Positions 26,894 through 36,986 of a DNA stretch of 64,000 nt are shown piece by piece. The notes beneath the pieces are model-generated. The model made no database searches and was not told the DNA's origin. It saw nothing but the letters and a program-made list of their open reading frames with translations. Position numbers and translations under genes: made by a program. This DNA comes from a virus. The stretch spans positions 41,162-105,161 of IMG/VR virus record IMGVR_UViG_3300044911_003339; one strand, given 5' to 3'. Numbering within the stretch: position 1 is the stretch's first letter; every line of letters begins with the position of its first letter.

Positions 26894-29164
26894 ATGCCGA
26901 CCGCAATCTTCTTCAACGGCCGTCGCATCGTGCGCCCCGGCGCGTACTCCAAGGTGGACGCGAGCGCGCTCTCGTCCGTGAGCCCGTCTGCCGTCGGCAT
27001 CGTGGCTCTCATCGGAACCGCAGAGGGAGGCAAGCCTCTCTCGGTCGCGTCGGAGGACAGCGACCACACGCGGCCGGAGACCGTGCTGGAGCGCTACCGC
27101 TCGGGCTACCTCCGCACGGCGGGCCAGTTCTGCTTCGAGCCTGCGAACGACGAGGCAGTGCCCGGTGGCGCGCAGCGTCTCGTGTGCGTGAAGGTGAACC
27201 CCGCCACGCAGGCGACCGCGACGCTCTTCGACTCGACGCCCACGGCGTCAGTGCTGCTCACGTCGAAGGACTACGGCGCGTTCACGAACCAGATCAACGT
27301 GGAGGTCGCCGCGGGCACGACGCTCGGCAAGCGCATCACGGTGCGGTTCGAGAGCACGACCGAGGACTTCGACGACGTGGGCGGGCTCGACGTGCTCTCC
27401 CTCGCCTACCCGGCCGTCGCAGGGCAGTGGTCGAGCGCCACGCTCGAATCGCTCACGACGAGCCTTCGCGTGAACCTCACGCGCTCGATGACGGGCCTCA
27501 TCGGCGAGCGTGCTGCCGACATTCCCGCAACCGGCGTGGTGCGCGTGGTCTCGACCGACGCGGGCGACACCACGCAGACCGTGACCGTCTACGGCCTCGA
27601 CGGCACCAACACCCCGGTGAGCGAGACGCTCTCCCTGAACGGCACGACGGCAGTCGTGGGCACGCAGTCGTTCGCGAGCGTGACCGCAGCGCGGAAGAGC
27701 GCGGCCACGATCGGCACCGTGACGGTCGAGGATTCGCCGTTCACCGTGGCGATGTTCTCGCTCGCACCTGCGACGCTCACGCGCGGCCTCGTGTCCGTGA
27801 CCGACATGACGGTCGCTTCGGCGCTCGCCATCTCGATCGACACGCTCACGGCCGGTGCGAACGCGGTCATCCGCGGTCGGACGGCGGCGAACGCCGACAT
27901 CGCGGTGCGCTGCGACCTCTCGGCTGCGGTGCCTGCGACGGCGGTCTTCTCGCGCATCACGCAGATCGAACTCGGCGACGTGTCGGCCGCGCGCACGGTC
28001 ACGGTCGCAGGCTCGATCAGCTTCTCGCACAGCGTCTACAACACGGTGCAGAAGGTGCTCGACGCGCTGAACAACATCACGGGCTTCACGGCGACCAGCG
28101 AGGTCGCGAATCCCACGACGTTCCTCCCGAGCGACTTCGACCGCACGCTCGTCGCCGTCTCCGCGACGCCCGGCCCCGCCACGCTGTCGGCCGACCTCTT
28201 CTACTTCATCGACAAGCTCAACAACGAATCCGCGTTCGTGAGCGGCTCTCGCGTGGCCGCGCCGAGCGGCGTCCGCGTGCCGGCGAACACGGCTGCTCCG
28301 GTCTTCCTCGGGGGCGCGGTCGAGGGCACGCCGACCATCTCGGAGTACCAGCAGGCGTTCACGCTGCTGAAGAAGCGCAGGGTGAACATCATCGTCCCGC
28401 TGACGGGCGACCCTGCCGTGCACGCGCTGCTCCTCTCGCACCTCATCGAGCGCGCGGGCAAGCTGCGCTCGGAGGCGAACGGCTACGTGGGCCTGGAGAA
28501 CGTCGGCCTGACGGCGGCCCCCGACCTCTCGCGCATCAAGTCGCTCATCCAGGTCATCCAGTCGCGCCACATCTCCGCGGTCGCGCAGGAGCCTCAGCGC
28601 TTCGATCCCGACACGGGCGAGGCGACCTACTACCCGACGTGGATGCTCGCCGCGATCGCCGCGGGCATGCAGGCGGGCTCGCCCATCGGCGAGCCGCTCA
28701 CGCGCAAGAAGCCGCTCCTCACCGACTTCCGCCAGGATTCGTCCTGGACCTCGGAGGACAACGGCGACGAGCTTCTCGACGCGGGCCTCATGTTCTTGGA
28801 GAAGGTGGACGGCGTGGGAATCCGCTTCGTGCGCTCCCTGACGACCTACCTCGCCGACGACAACGTGGTCTTCAGCGAGATGAGCGCGAACGAGAGCGCG
28901 AACACCGCGGTCTACCGTCTGCGAACCGCGCTCGACCGGCGCATCGGCTCGCGCGGCCTTCGCGGCACCGTCGCGGCGATCAAGTCCCTCGCCAACGACG
29001 AACTCTCGCGCATGCGAGACGAGGAGATCATCGTGGACTACAGGAATCTCCAGGTGGAGCAGGTCGGCGACGTGTTCCCGATCTCGGTGGAGATCGCGCC
29101 CGTCTTGCCGGTGAACTTCATCCCCATCACCGTGCATCTCGTCGCCACGCGCGCTGCGGCGTGA
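26894..29164 (+). CDS. Contractile tail sheath protein
   Basis: N-terminal FNGR.IVRPGAYS.VD.S.L....IVALIG.AEGGKP; C-terminal AAIAAGM.AG..IGEPLT.K and PV.PVNFI; myovirus sheath. Confidence 0.92.
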   Translation: MPTAIFFNGRRIVRPGAYSKVDASALSSVSPSAVGIVALIGTAEGGKPLSVASEDSDHTRPETVLERYRSGYLRTAGQFCFEPANDEAVPGGAQRLVCVKVNPATQATATLFDSTPTASVLLTSKDYGAFTNQINVEVAAGTTLGKRITVRFESTTEDFDDVGGLDVLSLAYPAVAGQWSSATLESLTTSLRVNLTRSMTGLIGERAADIPATGVVRVVSTDAGDTTQTVTVYGLDGTNTPVSETLSLNGTTAVVGTQSFASVTAARKSAATIGTVTVEDSPFTVAMFSLAPATLTRGLVSVTDMTVASALAISIDTLTAGANAVIRGRTAANADIAVRCDLSAAVPATAVFSRITQIELGDVSAARTVTVAGSISFSHSVYNTVQKVLDALNNITGFTATSEVANPTTFLPSDFDRTLVAVSATPGPATLSADLFYFIDKLNNESAFVSGSRVAAPSGVRVPANTAAPVFLGGAVEGTPTISEYQQAFTLLKKRRVNIIVPLTGDPAVHALLLSHLIERAGKLRSEANGYVGLENVGLTAAPDLSRIKSLIQVIQSRHISAVAQEPQRFDPDTGEATYYPTWMLAAIAAGMQAGSPIGEPLTRKKPLLTDFRQDSSWTSEDNGDELLDAGLMFLEKVDGVGIRFVRSLTTYLADDNVVFSEMSANESANTAVYRLRTALDRRIGSRGLRGTVAAIKSLANDELSRMRDEEIIVDYRNLQVEQVGDVFPISVEIAPVLPVNFIPITVHLVATRAAA

Positions 29165-29184
29165 GAAGGATTCGGAGGTAGGTC

Positions 29185-29622
29185 ATGGCCGAACTGGGCA
29201 GGGTTCTTTCTGGCGCACGGGCGCGTCTCATGATCGAGGGCGTTCCCGTGATGTACGCCACGAACTGCTCGTACTCGGAGGAAATCCAGTACGACCCCGT
29301 GGAGGTGCTCGACAAGCTCGACGTGGCCGAGCACGTGCCCGTCGCGTACCGAGTCACCTTCTCGGCGCAGATGGTCCGTGTCGTGCTGAGCCCGATCAAG
29401 AATCGGGACGGCGTGGCGATCATGCCGGTGCTGGAGGACATCCTCACGGCCGGCGAACTGACGGCGACCATCGAGGACTCGGTGACGGGCGCGGTCGTGG
29501 CGAGCATCGAGCGTGTGCGGGCCTCCCGCTACACGCAGAACATCGGTGCCCGCGCGATGGTGCTGACGGATGTCGAGTTCGTCGCCATCCGCGTCCGCGA
29601 CGAGAGCGAGATCGGAACCTGA
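29185..29622 (+). CDS. Tail tube protein
   Basis: Follows the sheath; SGARA.L...PVEVL......EHVPV.Y; 145 aa. Confidence 0.8.
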   Translation: MAELGRVLSGARARLMIEGVPVMYATNCSYSEEIQYDPVEVLDKLDVAEHVPVAYRVTFSAQMVRVVLSPIKNRDGVAIMPVLEDILTAGELTATIEDSVTGAVVASIERVRASRYTQNIGARAMVLTDVEFVAIRVRDESEIGT

Positions 29623-29651
29623 TTCCAGGTTCCACACAGGGAGGGTGATCC

Positions 29652-30242
29652 ATGACGAGTGCATCGGCGGCGAGGAAGAGCCTCGCAGCAGCGCAACAGG
29701 CGGCGTCGAAGGACGAGACGGCGAAGAAGACCGTCTCGTCCGAGACGTACATCGACCTCGACGTGACCGACACGTCGGGGCGGCGCTTCACGGGGCGGTT
29801 CAAGTACCGCGTCCCGAACCTCTCCGCGATCGTCGAGATCGGGAAGCTGAAGGCGCTGCTCGCAGCGGGTCAGAATCTCGCCGTCGTCGATCCGGCTTCA
29901 GCAGGCATCGTCGAGGTGACGGCGTACCTGGAGGTCACGATCGACCACAGCGCGCCCGGCACGCCTTCGTGGTGGCAGGAGACCGACCACGGCTCGCGCC
30001 TCTACGACTTCACCCCGCTGCGGCGGCTCTACGAGGAGGTGCGCTCGTACGAGGAGAGGTTTCACGGAGGAGGTAAGAAGCGCGGCGAATCTGAAGCCGC
30101 TGCTCCAGCACCCGAAGAGCCCGGAGATGCAGGTGATGCTGGTGCGGACGCTCTGGGCGAGAGCGTTCAACCTGAGCCCGCTGGACCCGTCGTGCTCGCA
30201 GGTGACGGTGCGCGAAGCTCTGGAATGGATCGCCGCGGCTAA
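29652..30242 (+). CDS. Tail assembly chaperone (short form)
   Basis: Between tube and tape measure genes; G.F.Y..P, A.L.V......P.WW; the conserved-looking part ends at YEERF (30062). Confidence 0.7.
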   Translation: MTSASAARKSLAAAQQAASKDETAKKTVSSETYIDLDVTDTSGRRFTGRFKYRVPNLSAIVEIGKLKALLAAGQNLAVVDPASAGIVEVTAYLEVTIDHSAPGTPSWWQETDHGSRLYDFTPLRRLYEEVRSYEERFHGGGKKRGESEAAAPAPEEPGDAGDAGADALGESVQPEPAGPVVLAGDGARSSGMDRRG

Positions 30243-30471
30243 CGCGGTCGAAGAGATTGCGAACGAGAGCCGGAAGAAGAGGGAGCGAGAGCAGGCGAGG
30301 TACAAGCTCGGAGACACGGAGGTCACCGTGCGCAGCGACGAAGAGGCGAGGAAGCTCGCAGACACGCCGCACCTCACGGGCGATCCTGAGTGGGACGCCA
30401 TCGAACTCGCCGCAACCGACGCTTCCCGGCCCCTGCTCGACAAGGGAATCAAGGTGAAGCGTGGCCGGTGA
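30061..30471 (+). CDS. Tail assembly chaperone extension, probably reached by +1 frameshift
   Basis: +1 frame open from TTC at 30061 through ORF 30127..30471 (LW...F.L.P.DP motif). Confidence 0.55.
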   Translation, partial: FTEEVRSAANLKPLLQHPKSPEMQVMLVRTLWARAFNLSPLDPSCSQVTVREALEWIAAANAVEEIANESRKKREREQARYKLGDTEVTVRSDEEARKLADTPHLTGDPEWDAIELAATDASRPLLDKGIKVKRGR

Positions 30472-32305
30472 GAAGCTGAAGACGACGATCGAGATCGGGG
30501 TCGATGACCGTCAGGTCCGCGGCCTCGGTCGAACGCTCGACGGTGCGCTCAACCCGCGCACCGTCGATCGCTTCACGCGTTCGATCGATCGCGCCACGGC
30601 GGCCATCGAGAAGATGGCGAAGCTCCAGGCGGGCCTCGTCGGGCACCTGGAAGAAGCCGCGAAGATTCAGAGCGAGATGGCTCGCTCGATGGAGATGGCG
30701 CAGCGGCGGCAGCAGCAGCAGATGCCCGGAGGCGCGCTGGCTCCGACGCCTGGGCAGCGCTCTCCCGCAGACGAGCGCGAGCGAGACGAGCATCGTCGCG
30801 AGCTTGCGGCGCAGCGCTACCAGCGATGGGAGAATCGAGTCAACTCCGCTGGCGCTGCCGTCGTGCCTCAGGAGGGCATGATCGCGCGCGCCCTCGGAGG
30901 TCTCCCTTGGGTCGGCGGCCTGCTCGGCGGAGCGGCGAGCGCCGCCACGCAGTTCTCGTCGCACAGCGACGCCTACAGCCGCGCCCTCGCACAGACCGCA
31001 GGCGTGCTCGGCACCTCGCGCGGCTTCAACACCCGGATGCCGGGTGAGGAGCGGAGCGCTGTCGGCGCGTATCAGCGCGCAGGATTCTCGGCGACCGAGA
31101 TGCTGCCCATGCTGCGCGAGCTTGCGCAGGCTGGTTGGATCAGCGGCGACAACGTGCTCGGCGTCGCCCCCACGGCTGCGCGCCTTCAGGCAGGTCTCGG
31201 AGTGGGCGCGGGGCAGGCCGGCTCGCTGATCAGCGCGATCGGCACGGCGCGCATGGACGAGCCGAACCCGCAGGAATCCATCGCCATCCTCACCGACGCA
31301 GTGGACTCCGGCATCCGCTCGGGCTTCTCGCGCTCCGTCATCGGGCAGTACATGCAGCAGATGGCGTCGGACATCGAGGGGCTCCGACGGCAGGGCATCA
31401 TGATCGACCCGCACGGCATGCTCGCGATGCAGCGGTTCGTGGCGAATCTCGGGCAGGGCTTCGCGGGTGCTGCGGGCCCGCAGGCGGCGCAGGGCATGCG
31501 CGACGCGCTCCGGGGTGCCCCTGACCGCTCGGGTGCCTTCTCGGCCTTCGCGATGCAGGCGGCGGGCTTCGGAAGGGGGCGCTCGGCCTTCCAGGCGGCC
31601 CGTACGCTGGAGGAGAGCCCCTGGGAGGTGCTTCCGACCATCCTCCAGCAGATGAACGCTCGTGGAGGCTCTGAGGAGTCGCGCGCCATGGCGATCCGCC
31701 AGTTGTTCATGGACGGCGGTCACACGCTCTCGCGCACGCAGGCCCTCACGCTCGCGCAGATCGCCCCCGAGGACATCCAGCGACGCATCGACGACGCGAA
31801 TCGACGCGGAGGGCTGTCGGACATCGAGCAGCTTCTCGAACCCGGTGAGCGTGGGTCGGGAGGAGCCGCGGTCATCGCGGGCGAAGAGAATCAGCGCATC
31901 GCAGTCGGCCAGCGTGTGCGTCCCATCGTGACCCAGATGCGAGGGCTCGAACTCCAGTACGCGCGCGAGTTCGCAGAGATCGGCGTGAACGTCTTCAACG
32001 CGGTTCGCGAAGGGCTGCGAGAGGCAGCCGACGCCGCGGTGAGCGGAGGTGCGCGCGGGCTCATGCGTCATCTCGCGAGCACGGTCGCTCCGAGCGGCTC
32101 AACGGCGCGAGCTTCCGCAGACCAGTGGGAGGCCGGCCGCGAGGACATCAACCGCTCGTTCGACGAAGCCATGGCTCCGGTCATCGGCTCGCTCCAGGAC
32201 TTCGATTCCGCGCTCTCGACCGTCATCAACCGGATCAGTCGCTTCTTCGGTGGAGGCAGCGAGGCCCCCGCACCCGCAGCGCTCTCTGCCGGAACGAGGG
32301 AGTGA
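30461..32305 (+). CDS. Tape measure protein
   Basis: Ala/Gly/Gln-rich helical protein following the chaperones. Confidence 0.75.
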   Translation: MAGEKLKTTIEIGVDDRQVRGLGRTLDGALNPRTVDRFTRSIDRATAAIEKMAKLQAGLVGHLEEAAKIQSEMARSMEMAQRRQQQQMPGGALAPTPGQRSPADERERDEHRRELAAQRYQRWENRVNSAGAAVVPQEGMIARALGGLPWVGGLLGGAASAATQFSSHSDAYSRALAQTAGVLGTSRGFNTRMPGEERSAVGAYQRAGFSATEMLPMLRELAQAGWISGDNVLGVAPTAARLQAGLGVGAGQAGSLISAIGTARMDEPNPQESIAILTDAVDSGIRSGFSRSVIGQYMQQMASDIEGLRRQGIMIDPHGMLAMQRFVANLGQGFAGAAGPQAAQGMRDALRGAPDRSGAFSAFAMQAAGFGRGRSAFQAARTLEESPWEVLPTILQQMNARGGSEESRAMAIRQLFMDGGHTLSRTQALTLAQIAPEDIQRRIDDANRRGGLSDIEQLLEPGERGSGGAAVIAGEENQRIAVGQRVRPIVTQMRGLELQYAREFAEIGVNVFNAVREGLREAADAAVSGGARGLMRHLASTVAPSGSTARASADQWEAGREDINRSFDEAMAPVIGSLQDFDSALSTVINRISRFFGGGSEAPAPAALSAGTRE

Positions 32306-32308
32306 CCG

Positions 32309-34135
32309 ATGCGCGGGCAGCACACGCGCGTCATCCCGACGTTCTACTCGGCGCAGGGATTCTCAGGTGAGGTCGTTGACGGCTATCACCAGGACTTCGG
32401 TCACATCGTCGGCTTCACGCACCAGAAGGCGTTCGGCGGCGCGAGTGGTCGCTGGTCGATCACCTTCAAGAAGGCGAGTGCCGACCCGCTGCGTCTCTGG
32501 CGCGAGCCCGAGGGCGTGTGGGTCGGCCTCGACGTGCTGCTCGGGAATCGTCGTCATCCGCTGACGCTCGGTCACGTCGATTCGCTGCGCAAGAACGTGG
32601 CTCGCGGCGGAGGTGGCGATCGCGACGTGACCTTCACGCTCTCGGGACGCGACATCGGCAAGCCGCTGGAGACGACGGAACTCTACATCAACATCTACGA
32701 GCAGACCGGGGCGATTCCCATGGTCCCGCTCTACGACGCGGTGCAGGACGACCTGGAGGGATCTCCCGACACCATCATCGCGTCGATCATCAAGGCGTGG
32801 CTCGGCAACAACGGCGTGGCCGACAAGCAGTGGGTCCTGCCTCCCGGTCTCGGCTCGGGCTCGACCGCGTTCTTCGACGAGCTTCGCCTCGCGCTCGGAA
32901 CCACGCGCGGACGCATCTACGAGCCTGCGCTCTACAACCCCGACCAGTGGCAAGGCCGCAAGCTCTGGGAGTGCCTCCAGGAGTACCAGAACGGCCTGCT
33001 CAACGAGATGTGGGTCGATTACGCGCCCGAGCGCCCGAACACGACCGACCCCAGCACGCCGGCCGAGAACCTGAAGCCGACGCTCTTCCTGCGCGAGAGG
33101 CCCTTCCCGACATTCGAAGGAGGTCATCGCGCGTGGGACGCGCTCACGACCTGGAAGCTCCGCTTGGAGGACTACAGGAGCCTCGACGTGAACGTCGGGA
33201 ATCCGACCGAGCGCTTCAACTACTGGATGATCGAAGGGCAGGGTCTCGGCAGCGAGCGCTACGAGTCGATCGCGTACGTCCAGGAGTCGGTGCAGCGCCA
33301 GCGCGGCGAGCCCGGCTCTCTGCCGATCTACAACCTCGAATCCATCCGCAAGCACGGCTTCCGTCGCTGGCAGCAGAGCACGCGCTACCTCCCGCTCGCT
33401 GACGAGAAGGAGTGGCTCCAGCAGTGCGCGCCGTGGCTCCAGATGGTGCACGACTGGTACGTCATCTCGCCGCAACTCGCCTCGGGCATCGTCCAGACCT
33501 CGCGCCTCATGCCGTGGATTCGCATCGGCGACCGCGTGAAGATCACGGAGTACGAGGGGCACACGCGAATCTACTACGTCGAGGGTGTCTCCCACGCCTA
33601 CCAGTACCCGCAGGCCGGAACGACCACGCTCACGATCACGCGAGGTCAGCGGATCGATGAAGACCTGCTCTCGGTCTACTATCGGACGGTGGTCAGCGCG
33701 CAGGTCGAGGAGAACGACCGCGCTCGCATCGAGGAGAATCGTCGCATGAGCGTGGAGGACGCAACCGATCGCGCGCTCGCGTCCTACGACGCCACGGTGG
33801 GCACGCCGCTCGACTCGCCCGAGGAAGGGCTCGACGCGAGCGAGGCGGGCAACCTCGATCGTGTCGATCCTGAGGACACGTCTGCGGTCGCCGACGACAC
33901 GACGCTCGGAGACGATTCGTCGCTGCGGGGTCGCGAGGTCGCGCCCGACGCAGAGGCCCTCGTCGAGACCCCGAGCGACGACACGGCGGCGACGAGCCTC
34001 GAACGAGGAGACCCGATCGCGACCGAGGATGCTCCGACCGATGACGTGCGCGCACCCCTGGAGGACCGTCCTGGCGTCGTCCGCATCTCGGAGCCGATGG
34101 TGTTCGAGGGCCGCATCGGCGGAGGTCGCCGATGA
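32309..34135 (+). CDS. Baseplate hub protein
   Basis: Post-tape-measure position; G.VD...., SGRD.GK.L, IRIGDRV....YYVEGVSH......TTL.ITRG; acidic tail. Confidence 0.7.
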   Translation: MRGQHTRVIPTFYSAQGFSGEVVDGYHQDFGHIVGFTHQKAFGGASGRWSITFKKASADPLRLWREPEGVWVGLDVLLGNRRHPLTLGHVDSLRKNVARGGGGDRDVTFTLSGRDIGKPLETTELYINIYEQTGAIPMVPLYDAVQDDLEGSPDTIIASIIKAWLGNNGVADKQWVLPPGLGSGSTAFFDELRLALGTTRGRIYEPALYNPDQWQGRKLWECLQEYQNGLLNEMWVDYAPERPNTTDPSTPAENLKPTLFLRERPFPTFEGGHRAWDALTTWKLRLEDYRSLDVNVGNPTERFNYWMIEGQGLGSERYESIAYVQESVQRQRGEPGSLPIYNLESIRKHGFRRWQQSTRYLPLADEKEWLQQCAPWLQMVHDWYVISPQLASGIVQTSRLMPWIRIGDRVKITEYEGHTRIYYVEGVSHAYQYPQAGTTTLTITRGQRIDEDLLSVYYRTVVSAQVEENDRARIEENRRMSVEDATDRALASYDATVGTPLDSPEEGLDASEAGNLDRVDPEDTSAVADDTTLGDDSSLRGREVAPDAEALVETPSDDTAATSLERGDPIATEDAPTDDVRAPLEDRPGVVRISEPMVFEGRIGGGRR

Positions 34136-35193
34136 GCCGCTTCGGCCCCGTGCTGGGTCCCTCGGGCGAGATCGTCCAAGGAGGCGTCGCACCCCGCCTC
34201 GCCGGCTCCACGCCGCGCTACGGGCCCCGCGGGACGCTCTACCGGGCCATCGTGCTCCGCACCTTCACGACCGACGACCCGGTGCGCACGGAGGGACGCA
34301 AGGGCTCGACGGATCGCACGGTGGACGTGGAGTGCGACGTGGTGCTCACGAAGTCGCACGTGCGACTCCGACGCGTGCCGGTGCTTCAGCGCAACCACGG
34401 CTTGAACGACCTGCACAACGTCTGGATTCCGAGGCCGTGCTCCCGCGTGATCAACGTGGACGGCACGACTGATCCGAATCGCCAGTTGAACCTGCGAGGC
34501 GTCTCGCGCCGCGGCGTTCCGATCAGCGTGCCTCCCGCCTTCACTGACCTCGACGGCGATCACGTGCTCGTCTCGTTCATCGACAACGACATGGAGTCGC
34601 CCGTCATCGTCGGCGCGCTCGCGCACGCTCGCACGCGCAGGCTCGTCGTCTCGGGCAGCGGGTGGCGCGAGGACGGCTCGGGCGCGGCCCGCGGCGAGGT
34701 CGGCGAGAACGAGTTCTACACGCGTCACCGCGGGACCGAGGTGCGCATCAACGATCAGGGCGACCTGCTCTTCGACGCGCTCGGCGCGACCACGAACGAA
34801 GAGAATCAGTCGCCCGGAAGTGGCATCGGTCAGATCCGATTCCGGGTGAAGGACTCGACCCGCCTCACGATCGAGGTGGACGGCACGGACGTGCTGGAGG
34901 TGTGGCAGGACGGCGCGCAGGTGCGCATCGACCTCGGCGAAGGCGCGAGCGAGAGCCTCATCCTGGGCGACTCCTTCCGCTCGTTCCTGAACGACTGGCT
35001 CACGCACGTCTTCGCGCAGCACCAGCACCTCCCCGGTACGCTCACGAACAGCGGAGGTGCCGTCACAGGGCTCTCGGGCACGGTCTCTCCGGTGACCGTC
35101 CCGCCGCTCGTGCCTCCACCTCCCCTCTCCTACACCGGCTCGCAGATGGCGGCTTCGCTCCTCTCCGACCTCGCGAAGACGAAGCGGACCTGA
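34132..35193 (+). CDS. Baseplate central spike (gpV/gp5-like)
   Basis: OB-fold-like GD.VLVSFID....PV.VG; C-terminal HQH (HxH metal-binding apex motif). Confidence 0.7.
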   Translation: MSRFGPVLGPSGEIVQGGVAPRLAGSTPRYGPRGTLYRAIVLRTFTTDDPVRTEGRKGSTDRTVDVECDVVLTKSHVRLRRVPVLQRNHGLNDLHNVWIPRPCSRVINVDGTTDPNRQLNLRGVSRRGVPISVPPAFTDLDGDHVLVSFIDNDMESPVIVGALAHARTRRLVVSGSGWREDGSGAARGEVGENEFYTRHRGTEVRINDQGDLLFDALGATTNEENQSPGSGIGQIRFRVKDSTRLTIEVDGTDVLEVWQDGAQVRIDLGEGASESLILGDSFRSFLNDWLTHVFAQHQHLPGTLTNSGGAVTGLSGTVSPVTVPPLVPPPPLSYTGSQMAASLLSDLAKTKRT

Positions 35194-35206
35194 CAGGATC
35201 ACCACC

Positions 35207-36985
35207 GTGACCGCATCCACCGATAGAACGACGATCTCCGCCCCGAGCTTGCTCCAGGCGGAGACATCGCTTGTCGATGCTCGAATCGGCTTCCAGAACG
35301 GATTCGTGTTCGAGCTTTTCGACGCCGCTCCCGGTGCCGGAATCATCGCGACGCACGTGCTCGTCCTGAACCCGAGCGGCTACACCCTCGGCGAGCCGTT
35401 CCAGGCTGCGCTCACGCCGACCGAGGACAACTCGATCGTGGCCGAAGAGGTCGGCACGATCATGCGGGACATCACGCTGGAGGGCACCTTCGGCTTGGCG
35501 AAGAAGCGCGTGACCTCCTTCGACGGAGCGCAGGGAGGCGGAGCCGAACTCTCCGGCTCCGAGCACTTCATGAAGCTGCGGAATCTGTTCCGCGAGTACA
35601 GCCGCTTGAAGAAGGATCACACGCGCTCCGAGAACATCCGCATGCACTTCCACGCGCTGCGCGACGACGACCACTTCATCGTCGTCCCGAAGATGTTCGA
35701 GACGCCGCGCGACGCGAAGGGCAACCGCGTCCACTACGAATACAGAATCCAGTTGACCGTGGTCGGCACCGTGGATGGCTCGACGCTTCGCCCTCGCGCA
35801 GACGAGTCGGACTTCAGCGATGCGCTCCGCGACATCAACGAATCCTTCCACGACATGCGCGGTTACTTCTCCGACATCACCGCGTCGATCAGCAAGGCGC
35901 GCCGCTACGTCGGCACGATCAACACCGTGATGCGCCAGGGCGCGGTACTGATCAACTCGGTCGGCAACGTCGTGCGCGGAGCGAGCAGCTTCATCGAGGG
36001 CTCGATCCTCGGCTTCGTCTCGACCATCGAGGAGTACGAGCGCACGAGCCTTCGTCTCGCAGATTCCATCGTGGCCTTCCAGGTTGGCACCGACGACCTC
36101 TTCGGCGTCGAGCGCGCCATCCGAAGGCTGGAGGCCGCGGGCGACCGCATCGCGGCCTACCCGGAGAAGTTCGCGCCTCCGACGGGCTCGGGCGTGGCGG
36201 CTGCGTACGACGGCGAGCGCCGCCTCACGCAGCGAGACGTTCGAGAGCGCACGGCGGGCGCGAACGTCGGCTCTCGCACTCGTGTCGCGCTCGGCTCGGA
36301 ATCTCGCGCGGGGCTCGACCTCTCGGTCTACACCGGCCGCCTGACCGTGATGGTGACCCGCACGGACACGGTGGAAGGTCTCGCGGCCCGCTACGGTGTG
36401 GAGCCCGAGGCGATCATCATCATCAACGACCTGCGCCCTCCCTACATCGCGGAAGGTGGCGGGCCGGGCATCTTGGCTCCTGGCGACGAGATGCTGATTC
36501 CCGTCATCGGCGGAGCGGCGCTCACCGCGAGCCCCTCGAACGCGTTCTACCGCACGCCCGACGACCTGCTCTACGGCGTCGATTTCATGATCGACCCCAC
36601 GACGTTCGAGCGCGAGGGTCTGTTCGAGATCCAGATCGACGCCGCGCACGGAGCGACCGACGCATCGCTGATCCGCGGTGTTCAGAACGTCGTGCAAGGC
36701 ACGCGGATTACCATCGAGACCGAGCGCGGCTCGACGACGTTCTTGCCGCAGGTCGGCATCTTGCGGAACGTCGGGGTCCGGGGGACGCTCCAGCACATGT
36801 TGCTCGCCGCTCTCCGGCTTCGCGAGGCTGTTCTCTCCGACCCGCGCATCGAGCGGATCGCGAGTTCACGCATCGTGCTGGAGGCCGACGTGCTGACGCA
36901 GGAAATCACCCCCGTCGTTCGCGGTCGCACGGCTGCCCCCACGATCGCAATCCCGTTCGGCCGCGCGTCTGGCGGAGGAGCCTGA
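35207..36985 (+). CDS. Baseplate protein with LysM domain and C-terminal gp25/W-like domain
   Basis: LysM-like DTVEGLAARYG......INDL.PPYI....GD..LIP; gp25-like G..N..Q....I.TERG....P..G....DPRI. Confidence 0.7.
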   Translation: MTASTDRTTISAPSLLQAETSLVDARIGFQNGFVFELFDAAPGAGIIATHVLVLNPSGYTLGEPFQAALTPTEDNSIVAEEVGTIMRDITLEGTFGLAKKRVTSFDGAQGGGAELSGSEHFMKLRNLFREYSRLKKDHTRSENIRMHFHALRDDDHFIVVPKMFETPRDAKGNRVHYEYRIQLTVVGTVDGSTLRPRADESDFSDALRDINESFHDMRGYFSDITASISKARRYVGTINTVMRQGAVLINSVGNVVRGASSFIEGSILGFVSTIEEYERTSLRLADSIVAFQVGTDDLFGVERAIRRLEAAGDRIAAYPEKFAPPTGSGVAAAYDGERRLTQRDVRERTAGANVGSRTRVALGSESRAGLDLSVYTGRLTVMVTRTDTVEGLAARYGVEPEAIIIINDLRPPYIAEGGGPGILAPGDEMLIPVIGGAALTASPSNAFYRTPDDLLYGVDFMIDPTTFEREGLFEIQIDAAHGATDASLIRGVQNVVQGTRITIETERGSTTFLPQVGILRNVGVRGTLQHMLLAALRLREAVLSDPRIERIASSRIVLEADVLTQEITPVVRGRTAAPTIAIPFGRASGGGA

Positions 36986-36986
36986 G

